Assembly (NCBI GenBank): GCA_964652785.1
Contig: CAZZDV010000001.1
Span: 116 to 64,115, forward strand
Source: an uncultured Bordetella sp.
GTDB taxonomy: Bacteria > Pseudomonadota > Gammaproteobacteria > Burkholderiales > SG8-39
Direction of reading: 5' to 3'
DNA length: 64,000 bases
Part shown: positions 43,138-53,031 of the stretch, piece after piece
Numbering within the stretch: the first letter of the stretch is position 1
How the letters are laid out: the number at the start of each line of letters is the position of its first letter
Position numbers and translations under genes: made by a program
The notes under the pieces: generated by a model
What the model was told of the DNA's origin: nothing
Seen by the model: the letters and a program-made list of their open reading frames with translations, nothing else
The model's database searches: none

Positions 43138-44403
43138 ATGAGCACCGCCCTTTCCGTGAGGAATCTTTCAAAGCGCTACCGCATCAAGCATGGCGGCGAA
43201 CGCGGCTATCACACCCTGCGAGACGAAATAGCATCGGGCTTCGGGCGTCTCGTCGGTCGTGCGGCGCCACGCCGCGAGACGGTCGAGGAATTCTGGGCCG
43301 TTGAAGACGCGAGCTTCGAGATCAAGACCGGTGAACGGGTCGGGATCATCGGCCGAAACGGCGCCGGCAAGTCCACTCTCCTGAAGATGCTCAGCAAGAT
43401 CGTCGAGCCCACCCGGGGCAGAATCGAGATCCACGGCCGGCTTTCGAGCCTGCTCGAAGTCGGCACAGGATTCCACTCCGAACTGACCGGCCGTGAGAAC
43501 GTCTTCCTCAATGGCGCCATCCTTGGAATGCCTCGCGAGGAAACCCTGCGGAAGTTTGAAGAGATTGTGGCCTTTGCCGGGGTCGAGCGGTTCATCGATA
43601 CGCCGGTCAAGCACTACTCTTCAGGGATGTATATGCGTCTCGCGTTCGCGGTTGCCGCGAACCTGGACCCTGACATCCTACTGATCGACGAAGTGCTGGC
43701 GGTGGGGGACCTCGCCTTCCAGCAGAAGTGCCTCGGCAAGATCGAGTCGATCACAAACGCGGGGCGCACCGTTCTCTTCGTCAGCCACAACCTCGGGTCG
43801 GTGTCGTCCTTGTGTAGCTCCGCAATGCTCATGGATGCGGGAAGAATCGTGGCCATTGGGGACGTTCCGGGGGTCGTGATGAAATACTATCGGGATGGCG
43901 CCTCATCTCCCGCGGCCTTCGACCTGAGCGATGGGCGAAGGCCCGTCGGCAATCACCATGCGCGTCTACTTGCCGGCAGGGTGGTCGACGGATCAGGGGC
44001 GCCTTCGATGGAAGTGGACATTTCGCATGACACCACCCTGGAAATGGAATTCGAGATCCTCGACTCGCACCCCGGCCCGTTCATCCCGAATTTCCATTTC
44101 CATACCTCGGATGGGACGGTCGCATTCGTTTCGGTGGACACCACCCGAAATGTCTCCTCTCCGGGGCGTTATCTGTCCCGATGCGAGATCCCCGGGAACC
44201 TTCTCAATGAAGGCACGTACTTCGTCGGCCTCGGTTTGACTACCTTCTCGACGGGTGTAACAGTTCATTTTTTCGAGCCGGGCGCGGTTTCGTTCAACGT
44301 CCGTGATCCAATCGAAAACGTCGCCTCGCGGGGCGACTGGGGAGGGGCCATGCCAGGCAGCGTCAGGCCGAATCTCGTCTGGACTACGGAGAGGATTTCT
44401 TGA
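43138..44403 (+). CDS. wzt: O-antigen export ABC transporter ATP-binding protein with a C-terminal carbohydrate-binding (Wzt_C-like) domain
   Basis: True start at ATG 43138 ([14 protein letters not shown]) inside ORF 42373..44403. Walker [10 protein letters not shown], signature [11 protein letters not shown], Walker B ILLIDE. A beta-rich C-terminal extension of about 160 aa resembles Wzt_C. Confidence 0.85.
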   Translation: MSTALSVRNLSKRYRIKHGGERGYHTLRDEIASGFGRLVGRAAPRRETVEEFWAVEDASFEIKTGERVGIIGRNGAGKSTLLKMLSKIVEPTRGRIEIHGRLSSLLEVGTGFHSELTGRENVFLNGAILGMPREETLRKFEEIVAFAGVERFIDTPVKHYSSGMYMRLAFAVAANLDPDILLIDEVLAVGDLAFQQKCLGKIESITNAGRTVLFVSHNLGSVSSLCSSAMLMDAGRIVAIGDVPGVVMKYYRDGASSPAAFDLSDGRRPVGNHHARLLAGRVVDGSGAPSMEVDISHDTTLEMEFEILDSHPGPFIPNFHFHTSDGTVAFVSVDTTRNVSSPGRYLSRCEIPGNLLNEGTYFVGLGLTTFSTGVTVHFFEPGAVSFNVRDPIENVASRGDWGGAMPGSVRPNLVWTTERIS

Positions 44404-45167
44404 AAGTCGTCATTCTTGCAGGTGGATTGGGCAGCCGCATCAGCGAGGAATCGCACTTGAAGCCCAAACCGATGATCGAGATCGGCGGAAAGCCGATCAT
44501 CTGGCACATCATGAAAATCTATTCCACCTATGGCCTTAACGATTTCATCGTTTGTCTGGGCTACAAGGGCTATGTCATAAAAGAGTATTTCGCGAACTAT
44601 TTCCTGCATATGTCGGACGTCACTTTCGATCTCTCCAACAATTCCATGCATGTTCACCAGAACAATGCCGAACCATGGCGGGTGACCTTGGTGGAAACCG
44701 GCGAGAACACCCAGACCGGCGGACGGCTCAGGCGAGTCCGGGAGTACCTTGACGAAGAGGATTTCTGCTTCACCTATGGGGACGGTGTAAGTGATGTGGA
44801 TGTCCGCGCGCTTATCGAGTTCCATCGCAACTCGGGACGACTGGCGACCCTGACCGCCGTGCAGCCGCCCGGACGTTTCGGGGCATTGAATCTCGAAGAC
44901 ACCCGGGTCGTGTCTTTTGAGGAGAAACCCAAGGGAGACGGAGGCTGGATCAACGGGGGATTCTTCGTGCTGTCGCCGAAAGTAACCAGCCTCATCGAAG
45001 GCGACTCAACGGTATGGGAGCGCGGCCCCATGGATAAACTGGCCGATGACAGCCAGCTGGGGTCTTATTTTCACAAGGGTTTCTGGCAACCGATGGATAC
45101 CCTGCGCGACAAGAACCATCTCGAAGATCTTTGGACAACCGGCACTGCCCCTTGGAAGAAGTGGTAA
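44400..45167 (+). CDS. rfbF: Glucose-1-phosphate cytidylyltransferase
   Basis: 255 aa. [39 protein letters not shown] closely resembles RfbF/DdhA. Confidence 0.9.
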   Translation: MKVVILAGGLGSRISEESHLKPKPMIEIGGKPIIWHIMKIYSTYGLNDFIVCLGYKGYVIKEYFANYFLHMSDVTFDLSNNSMHVHQNNAEPWRVTLVETGENTQTGGRLRRVREYLDEEDFCFTYGDGVSDVDVRALIEFHRNSGRLATLTAVQPPGRFGALNLEDTRVVSFEEKPKGDGGWINGGFFVLSPKVTSLIEGDSTVWERGPMDKLADDSQLGSYFHKGFWQPMDTLRDKNHLEDLWTTGTAPWKKW

Positions 45168-46252
45168 TGGACTCGGAGTTCTGGGCAGGGCGCAAGGTTT
45201 TCCTCACCGGCCATACGGGCTTCAAGGGCAGCTGGCTGGCGCTCTGGCTGCAGCAGTCGGGTGCGCAAGTGCTTGGATATTCGTTGGAGCCCCCAACCGG
45301 TCCGAACATGTTCCAAATTGCAGGCGTGGGAGACGAAATGCGCTCGATTTTCGGGGACATCCGCGACCTCGAGAAGGTTTCCTCCGCCATGAGCGAGTTC
45401 AAGCCGGAAATCGTATTTCATCTTGCGGCCCAGTCACTGGTACGTCCTTCATACGCCGACCCGGTCGGAACGTACGCGACCAATGTGATGGGGACAGTAC
45501 ATGTCCTCGAGGCTATTCGCTCCGTAGAAAGCGTCCGGGCTGCCGTCGTCGTATCGAGCGACAAGTGTTACGAAAACAATGAATGGGTATGGGGGTACCG
45601 TGAAACAGATCCTATGGGCGGTTTCGACCCCTACAGCAGCAGCAAAGGCTGCACGGAGCTTGTCAGTGCAGCCTTTCGGCAATCTTATTTCTCCTCTGCA
45701 GGCGGAATCGCTTCACGGGTACGCCTTGCATCCGGACGCGCCGGGAACGTGATCGGCGGTGGCGACTGGGCGACTGACCGGCTCGTGCCCGATTTCCTCA
45801 AGGCGATGGCGCGAGGCGAGCCGATCCGGATCCGCAACCCGCACGCTCAACGGCCTTGGCAGCATGTACTTGAGCCATTGAGCGGCTATGCTTTGCTGGC
45901 TGAGCGCCTGATTGGACCGCGTGGAGAAGATTTCGCCTCAGGCTGGAATTTCGGCCCGGATGACAAAGATGCGATACCGGTCTCCGAGATCGTGACGACA
46001 CTGACTGGATTGTGGTCATCGAAGGCCGCCTACGAGATTGCCGAAGGTGAACATCCACACGAAGCGTCATTCCTGAAGTTGGATTGCTCCAAAGCCCGCG
46101 CGCGCCTCGGCTGGCGACCGCGTTTGAACGTTGATTCCGCGCTTGCATGGACTGTCGAATGGTACAAAGCGCTGCACGCCGGCTCCGACATGCGTAACGT
46201 AAGCGTGGATCAGATTGCCCGCTTTAAATCCATCGCCCCTGACATCGACTAG
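45167..46252 (+). CDS. rfbG: CDP-glucose 4,6-dehydratase
   Basis: ORF 45131..46252. Start [24 protein letters not shown] at 45167 (TAATG overlap). SDR Y-x3-K (YSSSK). Confidence 0.9.
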   Translation: MDSEFWAGRKVFLTGHTGFKGSWLALWLQQSGAQVLGYSLEPPTGPNMFQIAGVGDEMRSIFGDIRDLEKVSSAMSEFKPEIVFHLAAQSLVRPSYADPVGTYATNVMGTVHVLEAIRSVESVRAAVVVSSDKCYENNEWVWGYRETDPMGGFDPYSSSKGCTELVSAAFRQSYFSSAGGIASRVRLASGRAGNVIGGGDWATDRLVPDFLKAMARGEPIRIRNPHAQRPWQHVLEPLSGYALLAERLIGPRGEDFASGWNFGPDDKDAIPVSEIVTTLTGLWSSKAAYEIAEGEHPHEASFLKLDCSKARARLGWRPRLNVDSALAWTVEWYKALHAGSDMRNVSVDQIARFKSIAPDID

Positions 46253-46283
46253 TTCCGCTCAACCTATCCTGGGATTCATAGAA

Positions 46284-47510
46284 ATGTATCGTTGTCGGTT
46301 TTGCCAATCCGGTCTTTCCGAGACCTTCGCAGACCTTGGCATGTCTCCTCTTTCGAACTCCTACATTTCGTCCGGGCAGCTAAACGGCATGGAGCGCTTC
46401 TATCCCCTTCATGCATACGTCTGCAGTTCCTGCTTTCTCGTTCAGCTCGCCGAGTTTGAAACTCCCGACAAGATCTTCTCGGACTACGCGTACTTCTCCT
46501 CTTACGCGGACAGCTGGCTGAAACATTGCGCGGCTTATGCAAAGGAAATGATCACCCGGTGGAACCTCGGCGCGGGCTCCCTGGTCCTGGAGGTAGCCAG
46601 CAATGACGGCTATCTGCTGCAGTATTTCAAGCAGTCAGGAGTTCCAGTGCTTGGCATTGAGCCGGCGGCCAATGTGGCAAAAGTCGCTATGGAAAAGGGC
46701 ATCCCCACCGAGGTCTCTTTTTTCGGCGAAGCCAAAGGAGCCGAGCTCGCAGCCAGGGGGCAATCTGCGGATCTCATCGCTGCGAACAACGTGCTTGCAC
46801 ACGTCCCGGACATAAATGATTTCGTGAAAGGCTTCAAGAAAGCCCTCAAGCAGGGCGGCCGTATTACGGTGGAATTTCCGCACCTGCTGCAAATGATGCG
46901 CCATAACCAGTTCGACACCATTTACCATGAGCATTTCTCTTACCTGTCGCTTGGCTTCGTGTCCGGCCTTTTCGACAAGCATGGCTTGCGTGTGTTCGAT
47001 GTCGACGAGGTTCCCACTCATGGCGGTTCGCTGCGTGTGCATGGATGCCACAAGGAGGATCCTGGCAAATCGACGTGTGCTGCTGTAGGCGCGGTCCTCA
47101 AGCAGGAGAGCGAAGAGGGCTTGTCGGACCTGGAGGCTTACCGGCGTTTTGCCAGGGCGGTTGTCCGAACGAAGTGCGAAGTCCTCGATTTCTTCGTTGA
47201 GACGCGGCGCGCAGGAAAACGCGTAGCTGGATACGGCGCGCCCGCGAAGGGCAATACTCTGCTTAACTACTGCGGAATCGGCCGTGAGTTCATCGAGTTC
47301 ACGGTTGACCGCAGTCCCCATAAGCAGGGACGCTTTCTCCCCGGCACACACATCCCTATCCTTGCGCCTGACGCCATAGCGAAGTTCCGCCCGGATTACC
47401 TTTTCATTCTTCCCTGGAATCTACGCGATGAAGTTGTCGGGCAGATGACCGGAATCCGGGAGTGGGGCGGGAAGTTCGTCGTTCCAATACCCAAGGTGGA
47501 AGTCTTCTAG
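46284..47510 (+). CDS. NDP-hexose C-methyltransferase (TylC3-like: Zn-binding N-domain, class I methyltransferase, C-methyltransferase C-domain)
   Basis: ORF 46215..47510, start at MYRCRFCQSGL. LEVASNDGYLLQYF SAM motif. C-terminal PDYLFILPWNLRDEV is typical of the C-methyltransferase family. Confidence 0.8.
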   Translation: MYRCRFCQSGLSETFADLGMSPLSNSYISSGQLNGMERFYPLHAYVCSSCFLVQLAEFETPDKIFSDYAYFSSYADSWLKHCAAYAKEMITRWNLGAGSLVLEVASNDGYLLQYFKQSGVPVLGIEPAANVAKVAMEKGIPTEVSFFGEAKGAELAARGQSADLIAANNVLAHVPDINDFVKGFKKALKQGGRITVEFPHLLQMMRHNQFDTIYHEHFSYLSLGFVSGLFDKHGLRVFDVDEVPTHGGSLRVHGCHKEDPGKSTCAAVGAVLKQESEEGLSDLEAYRRFARAVVRTKCEVLDFFVETRRAGKRVAGYGAPAKGNTLLNYCGIGREFIEFTVDRSPHKQGRFLPGTHIPILAPDAIAKFRPDYLFILPWNLRDEVVGQMTGIREWGGKFVVPIPKVEVF

Positions 47511-48259
47511 TGTCCGATGAAAGCTTGGTTCTCTCGGTCGTCAGCCATGGACAGCGGAGCATTCTGCTCGACCTTCTTGATGACCTTACGGACAACGTCC
47601 GGACGCCGTTCCGCCTCATCCTTACCGAGAACATTCCCGAAGAGCCGGATCTACCCGTATCCCGCTATCCGTTCCCGATCGAGGTTGTAAAAAACCTGAA
47701 GCGCCGTGGGTTTGGCGCGAACCACAACGCGGCCCTCGGACGCTCTCGCGGCGAGTTGTTCTGCGTGCTCAACCCAGATATCAGGATTCCATCGGACCCG
47801 TTCCCGGTACTGGGTGCAATTGCGGCAAGCCCGCTCGTTGGCGTGGTAGCGCCCGTTGTAAGAGCCCCAGACAACTCGATCGAAGACCATGCGCGGCAGT
47901 TTCCGAACATTTTCACGCTCTTGGCAAAGGTGTTCGGGCATCGACCGCGCATGGTTCCAACTGAAGGCCGGTCCGACTACCGCGTAGATTGGATAGCCGG
48001 GATGTTCATGCTGTTTCGAAGCGAAACCCTGCGCTCTGTCGGCGGGTTCGACGAAAGGTATTTCCTCTACTACGAGGATGTGGACCTGTGCGCAAGGCTA
48101 CACGAGAGGGGGCTGGGGGTAGCGGTAAACACGGCAGTATCCGTAACGCACCATGCTCGGCGAGAGAGCCGTCGGAATCTCAAGTACGCCTGGTGGCACC
48201 TTGGCAGCGCCGCTCGCTTTCTGGCGTCCCATCCGCGAATTGCGCTCGGTCTGAGATAG
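47510..48259 (+). CDS. Glycosyltransferase family 2 (rhamnosyltransferase-like)
   Basis: ORF 47462..48259. The GTG at 47510 overlaps the upstream TAG. LSVVSHGQ...LNPD...YYEDVDLC motifs. Confidence 0.75.
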   Translation: MSDESLVLSVVSHGQRSILLDLLDDLTDNVRTPFRLILTENIPEEPDLPVSRYPFPIEVVKNLKRRGFGANHNAALGRSRGELFCVLNPDIRIPSDPFPVLGAIAASPLVGVVAPVVRAPDNSIEDHARQFPNIFTLLAKVFGHRPRMVPTEGRSDYRVDWIAGMFMLFRSETLRSVGGFDERYFLYYEDVDLCARLHERGLGVAVNTAVSVTHHARRESRRNLKYAWWHLGSAARFLASHPRIALGLR

Positions 48260-48289
48260 GGCGCGCAACCGAAAGCGGTAAATCGAAAC

Positions 48290-48841
48290 TCATTCGAAGC
48301 GCTCGGCCGTAGCGAATGTCCGGCCCTTTCGATCCTTCTCGCTGAGTACCGGCTCACCCACTTCCGCCAAGGGCCACTCGATTCCTAGTTCGGGATCGTT
48401 CCAGAGCAGGGTCCGCTCATGTTCGGGCGCGTAGAAATCGGTAGCCTTATACATGACCTCAGCTGTTTCCGAGAGGACTAGGAATCCATGCGCGAATCCG
48501 GGCGGGATCCAGGCCATCCGCCGATTCGCCGCCGAAAGCCGAAGTCCCGCAGCCCCGCCGAAAGTTGGCGAGCTTGCTCTCAGGTCCACCGCAATGTCGA
48601 AGATTTCACCTGATATGGCCCAAATGAGCTTTCCCTGCGGCTGCCTGATCTGGTAATGGAGGCCACGCAAGACGCCTCTGGTTGAACCGGAATGATTGTC
48701 CTGAACGAAAGCCGGGTCGACCCCCGTATCGTCAAGAAATTGACTACGGTTGTAACGCTCCAGAAAGAACCCGCGCCCGTCGCCATGAACCTTAGGCGTC
48801 AGGACAAGAACATCCCGGAGAGTGGTTTTCTCGACTTTCAC
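48290..48841 (-). CDS. rmlC: dTDP-4-dehydrorhamnose 3,5-epimerase
   Basis: 183 aa. [10 protein letters not shown]...RGLHYQ...GFAHGF. Immediately downstream of rmlA with a 4-nt overlap. Confidence 0.9.
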   Translation of the reverse strand: MKVEKTTLRDVLVLTPKVHGDGRGFFLERYNRSQFLDDTGVDPAFVQDNHSGSTRGVLRGLHYQIRQPQGKLIWAISGEIFDIAVDLRASSPTFGGAAGLRLSAANRRMAWIPPGFAHGFLVLSETAEVMYKATDFYAPEHERTLLWNDPELGIEWPLAEVGEPVLSEKDRKGRTFATAERFE

Positions 48842-49716
48842 TTGAACACCTTCTCTGACAGAACCCGCGCCAGATACTCGCCATAGCTGCTTTTTGCCAG
48901 TGGTCTTGCGAGCGATTCGAGCTGGCCTGAATTTATGAAACCGGCCCTATATGCGATCTCTTCCAGGCAAGCGATCTTCAGGCCCTGACGTCGTTCTATG
49001 ATCTCGATGAACTGCGAAGCCTCCAGAAGGGATTCGTGCGTCCCAGTGTCAAGCCAGGCCAGGCCGCGACCCATGGGAATCACATCCAACTCCCCTCGTT
49101 CGAGATAAATACGATTGACATCCGTAATCTCGAGTTCTCCGCGCGCCGACGGTTTCAGCGTTGCAGCGATGTCAGCCACCTTGGCATCGTAAAAATACAA
49201 ACCCACTACGGCGTAACGGGATTTCGGCCGCTGGGGCTTTTCCTCGATACTCAGCGCGCGCCCGGCGCTATCAAACTCCACTACGCCGTATCGCTCCGGA
49301 TCGTTTACAAGGTATGCGAATATGGAAGCTCCGGCTCGTCGCGCCGCCGCCTGCTTGAGGAGGGATGAAAGGTCGTGACCATAAAAGATATTGTCGCCGA
49401 GAATAAGTGCAACCCGGTCCTTTCCAATAAAATCCTTACCGATGATGAACGCCTGGGCCAATCCTTCAGGCGCCGGTTGCTCGGCGTACGTTAGATGGAT
49501 TCCGAGCTGCGCCCCATTGCCAAGCAGTTGCTCGAAGCGGGGCAAGTCCTGTGGCGTGGAGATGACAAGGATCTCCCTTATCCCCGCCAGCATCAGCGTC
49601 GAAAGGGGATAGTAAATCATAGGTTTGTCGTAGATCGGCAGGAGCTGTTTCGAGACAACCTGCGTCACTGGATACAGGCGCGTGCCGGATCCTCCTGCCA
49701 AAATAATTCCCTTCAT
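48838..49716 (-). CDS. rmlA: Glucose-1-phosphate thymidylyltransferase
   Basis: ORF 48838..49770, start [16 protein letters not shown] at ATG 49716. Confidence 0.95.
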   Translation of the reverse strand: MKGIILAGGSGTRLYPVTQVVSKQLLPIYDKPMIYYPLSTLMLAGIREILVISTPQDLPRFEQLLGNGAQLGIHLTYAEQPAPEGLAQAFIIGKDFIGKDRVALILGDNIFYGHDLSSLLKQAAARRAGASIFAYLVNDPERYGVVEFDSAGRALSIEEKPQRPKSRYAVVGLYFYDAKVADIAATLKPSARGELEITDVNRIYLERGELDVIPMGRGLAWLDTGTHESLLEASQFIEIIERRQGLKIACLEEIAYRAGFINSGQLESLARPLAKSSYGEYLARVLSEKVFK

Positions 49717-50843
49717 AGCATACGTCCCGAATCGAGCCGCTTGAGGTCGGCATTCACCATAATGCGGCAAATCTCCTCGACTTCCTTGCCGGCTTTCCAG
49801 TCAAGCAGTAAGCGAGATTTACCGGGGTTTCCGCACAAAGGGTGAGCCTCTGCCGGTCGAAAGAACTGCGGTGACACCTTGACCCGAATTTTTCCGGTGG
49901 CGTTTTCGATCCCGGTTTCATCAAGACCGGCGCCCTGCCAGATTAGTCCCATCCCCACGGCTTTGAACGCAGCATCGACAAACCTGCGGACCGTTGTGAG
50001 CCTCCCGGTCGCCAAGACGAACGAATCCGGCGTGTGTGACTGGAGAATCCGCCACATGCCGTCCACATACTCCGGCGCGTATCCCCAGTCCCGCCGTGCG
50101 TCGAGGTTCCCGAGCTCTAGAAATTCCTGTTGCCCCCGGCTGATGCGCGCCGCGGCAGAGGTAATCTTGCGCGTCACGAACTCATTTCCGCGCAGGGGGG
50201 ACTCGTGGTTGTACAGGATGCCGCTCGAAGCGAATACGCCGAGATCGTTCCTATAATTCGCCGTCGCCCAATGCGCGAAAGCTTTGGAGATTGCGTAAGG
50301 GCTTCGCGGATTGAAGCGAGTTTCCTCGTCTTGCGGTGAAATCTCCGGACTACCAAACATCTCAGAGCTCGATGCTTGGAAAAACCGCGCTTTTGGATGC
50401 CTGCATCGAATCGCCTCGAGCAAATTCCAGGCGCCCAACCCGGTAACGCGGGCCGCGCCCAAGGGATCGGAGAATGAGAGTCCGATGAAACTCACACCGC
50501 TAAGGTTGTAGACCTCGCCGGGCCTCGCGCCTCCCACGGCTTCCAAACATCCTGCGGCGTCGGCGACATCCAGCTCGATGATCCGCAGACGTGCGTGAGA
50601 CCTGATTCCCAACTCTTCCAGCCGCCAGAGGCTCGAGGAAACGAGACTGCGCACGGAACCGGTGACTTCGTAGCCTTTTTCAATCAGCAGTCGGGCTAGC
50701 AGCGCACCGTCCTGACCGGAGACTCCTGTAATCAGGGCTGAGCGGGAGTCGATGTTTTCCGCTCCACGGCCGGCCGGCCTTTCAAGCAGCGCCCCGCGCC
50801 GCGTAATTGCGGTCGATCCAGTTCCTGTAGCCACCGGTGGCAA
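49713..50843 (-). CDS. gmd: GDP-mannose 4,6-dehydratase
   Basis: [18 protein letters not shown]...[11 protein letters not shown]...RSPYAISK...[11 protein letters not shown]...FFRPAE closely resembles Gmd. The start is unresolved. ATG 50843 overlaps rmlB by about 60 nt, and there is no in-frame ATG/GTG/TTG after the rmlB stop (only CTG). Confidence 0.85.
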   Translation of the reverse strand: MPPVATGTGSTAITRRGALLERPAGRGAENIDSRSALITGVSGQDGALLARLLIEKGYEVTGSVRSLVSSSLWRLEELGIRSHARLRIIELDVADAAGCLEAVGGARPGEVYNLSGVSFIGLSFSDPLGAARVTGLGAWNLLEAIRCRHPKARFFQASSSEMFGSPEISPQDEETRFNPRSPYAISKAFAHWATANYRNDLGVFASSGILYNHESPLRGNEFVTRKITSAAARISRGQQEFLELGNLDARRDWGYAPEYVDGMWRILQSHTPDSFVLATGRLTTVRRFVDAAFKAVGMGLIWQGAGLDETGIENATGKIRVKVSPQFFRPAEAHPLCGNPGKSRLLLDWKAGKEVEEICRIMVNADLKRLDSGRML

Positions 50844-51849
50844 TGTCCTCCACCCACTCCTGGTGGCTGACGTACCAGTCGACTGTTCTCTTTAACCCGG
50901 AATCGAACGATTCCTTCGGCTCCCATCCGAGTTCTGTCCGGATCTTCGACGAATCGATGGCGTATCGGCGATCATGGCCCGGCCGATCCTTGACATAGGA
51001 AATCAGCGATGTATAAGCGCCTTTGCCTGAAGGCCGGGCAGCATCGAGGAGCGTACAAAGCTTCCGGATCAGGTCGATATTCGTCATCTCGGCACCGCCA
51101 CCGATGTTGTACGTCTCGCCCACCCGGCCCTTCTCAAGGACTTTCCGGATCGCTGAACAGTGGTCGCCGACGTACAGCCAGTCGCGGACGTTGCGGCCGT
51201 CGCCGTACACGGGGAGCGCCTCCCCGCAGAGCGCGTTTCGGATCATGAGGGGGATCAACTTCTCAGGGAACTGGAACGGGCCGTAGTTGTTCGAGCAATT
51301 CGTCGTCAGCGTGGGCAGGCCGTAGGTGTGGTGATAGGCCCGCACGAGATGGTCAGAGGCGGCCTTGGATGCGCTGTAGGGACTGTTTGGCGCGTAAGGC
51401 GTTATTTCGCTGAAAGGGGGATCGGCTGCAGTAAGCGAGCCGTAGACCTCATCGGTGGAAACATGCAGGAATCGGAATGCCTTCCGTGCGCTTTCATCCC
51501 CGGCACTCCACCAGGCCTTGAGCTCATCTAGCAAGGTGAAGGTCCCGACAATGTTCGTCTGCACGAAATCGGAGGGACCATGGATTGACCTGTCCACATG
51601 GCTCTCCGCCGCAAAATGCACGACTGCTCGAGGTTTGTGAGTCCTCAGGAGTCGTCGCACCAACTCGCGGTCGCAGATGTCCCCGCGGACAAGCGTGTGC
51701 CGCGGATCATTGCGAATGGAATCGAGGTTATGCGGATTTCCGGCATAAGTGAGCTTGTCGAGATTGATGACGGCCTCACCCACGCCGGAAACGCAATCCA
51801 AAACGAAATTGGCGCCAATGAAGCCGGCGCCACCGGTGACTAGTAACAT
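50782..51849 (-). CDS. rmlB: dTDP-glucose 4,6-dehydratase
   Basis: 355 aa. MLLVTGGAGFIGANFV...YSASKAASDHL is a classic RmlB pattern. Confidence 0.95.
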   Translation of the reverse strand: MLLVTGGAGFIGANFVLDCVSGVGEAVINLDKLTYAGNPHNLDSIRNDPRHTLVRGDICDRELVRRLLRTHKPRAVVHFAAESHVDRSIHGPSDFVQTNIVGTFTLLDELKAWWSAGDESARKAFRFLHVSTDEVYGSLTAADPPFSEITPYAPNSPYSASKAASDHLVRAYHHTYGLPTLTTNCSNNYGPFQFPEKLIPLMIRNALCGEALPVYGDGRNVRDWLYVGDHCSAIRKVLEKGRVGETYNIGGGAEMTNIDLIRKLCTLLDAARPSGKGAYTSLISYVKDRPGHDRRYAIDSSKIRTELGWEPKESFDSGLKRTVDWYVSHQEWVEDIATGGYRNWIDRNYAARGAA

Positions 51850-51856
51850 GCCGAAA

Positions 51857-52960
51857 TTATACTTTGAGGGCCGCGACTACCTGCGCCGGCGCGATGGCTT
51901 CCATGCACCGCGCTCTTGGGCACTCCGGCACGGTACGGTTGCACCTTCGCACCCAGCCGATCTCGCGCTTGAAGAGCACCCTCTGGTCCCGGCAGGGGAA
52001 CCGCGGAACCGTGACTTCGGCGAACTCATTCCTGCTCCAGAAGCGTCCCTTCCCGAAAAGCTGCGCCGAGCCTGGGCCAAAGAGCGTGGCCACCGGCGTG
52101 CGCGTCAGCTTGGCCATGTGGGCGATTCCGGTGTCGAGCGTAACGGCCACACGTGCGCCAGCCAGCAAATGCCAGAGCTGGGCCAGATCGAGCCCGCCTG
52201 CGAAGGAGCGGTATGCACCGCGCGGATCGATGGCCTGCACCAGCCCGGTTTCGTGCCTTGCCGCTGACCACGCTACATCGATTTTCCGCTCCGCCAATGC
52301 CTCGGCGACCGCCCGCCACTTTTCCGCTTCCCAGAGTCGAAGGGGGGAGCCGGCGCCCACATGCAGGACGGCATAGGGACCCGATGGCCGTTCGAAAGGC
52401 TGGAAAGCGGGCGCAGGCCAATCGCCCTCACCATAGTGCAGCTTGTCGATCACCGAGGGCTTCAGCCCAGAAAGCAGCGCGAAGATGTCCGCAAGGGCCG
52501 TCGGCTGGGAAGGCCACTCGACCAGTTCGTCGACTGCCCGGTTTCGCCATGCCGGCCGTCCCCCGGCGAAGCCAACGACCCATTTGGCTCCGATGGCGCG
52601 CGCCGCGATCGCGTGGCGATTGTCTCCGGGTAGCACCGCAAGATCGCAGTCGCTCGCAGGCGCCAGCGCATCGAGCGCATCCGGTCGCCTTTCCGAATAG
52701 GGCAGCACGGTCGCGCCGTACGGCTTTCCGCTGAACAGGCTTGCGTATGCAGGATTCGAAGTGACAAAGAGTGCGGCTCCTGGATAGTGGCCGCGTAGTG
52801 CCGCCAGCAGTGGCGCGAGCATCAGCGTGTCACCCAGCAGGAGCTCGTGGAGCACCATGATCTTTCGGGGAGCTTCCGGACGGGCAGAGGCGCGCGGCAG
52901 CGCGAGCGCGCCCGCAAGCGCGCCGGCAAGAGCCCGCAGGCGATTCGCAGTCCGCGGCAT
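51857..52960 (-). CDS. Glycosyltransferase family 9 (heptosyltransferase-like) with a Cys-rich C-terminus
   Basis: 367 aa. KIMVLHELLLGDTLMLAPLLAAL is GT9-like. A C-terminal region carries several Cys (FPCRDQ...RRCNRTVPECPRARC). The N-terminal extent is uncertain. Confidence 0.7.
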   Translation of the reverse strand: MPRTANRLRALAGALAGALALPRASARPEAPRKIMVLHELLLGDTLMLAPLLAALRGHYPGAALFVTSNPAYASLFSGKPYGATVLPYSERRPDALDALAPASDCDLAVLPGDNRHAIAARAIGAKWVVGFAGGRPAWRNRAVDELVEWPSQPTALADIFALLSGLKPSVIDKLHYGEGDWPAPAFQPFERPSGPYAVLHVGAGSPLRLWEAEKWRAVAEALAERKIDVAWSAARHETGLVQAIDPRGAYRSFAGGLDLAQLWHLLAGARVAVTLDTGIAHMAKLTRTPVATLFGPGSAQLFGKGRFWSRNEFAEVTVPRFPCRDQRVLFKREIGWVRRCNRTVPECPRARCMEAIAPAQVVAALKV

Positions 52961-53031
52961 CAGCGGTTTCTCAAGGCGTGGGCTACTGACATTTTTCTCT
53001 GCAACCCCCAGTCTGGGTGCGGCTTACCAGC

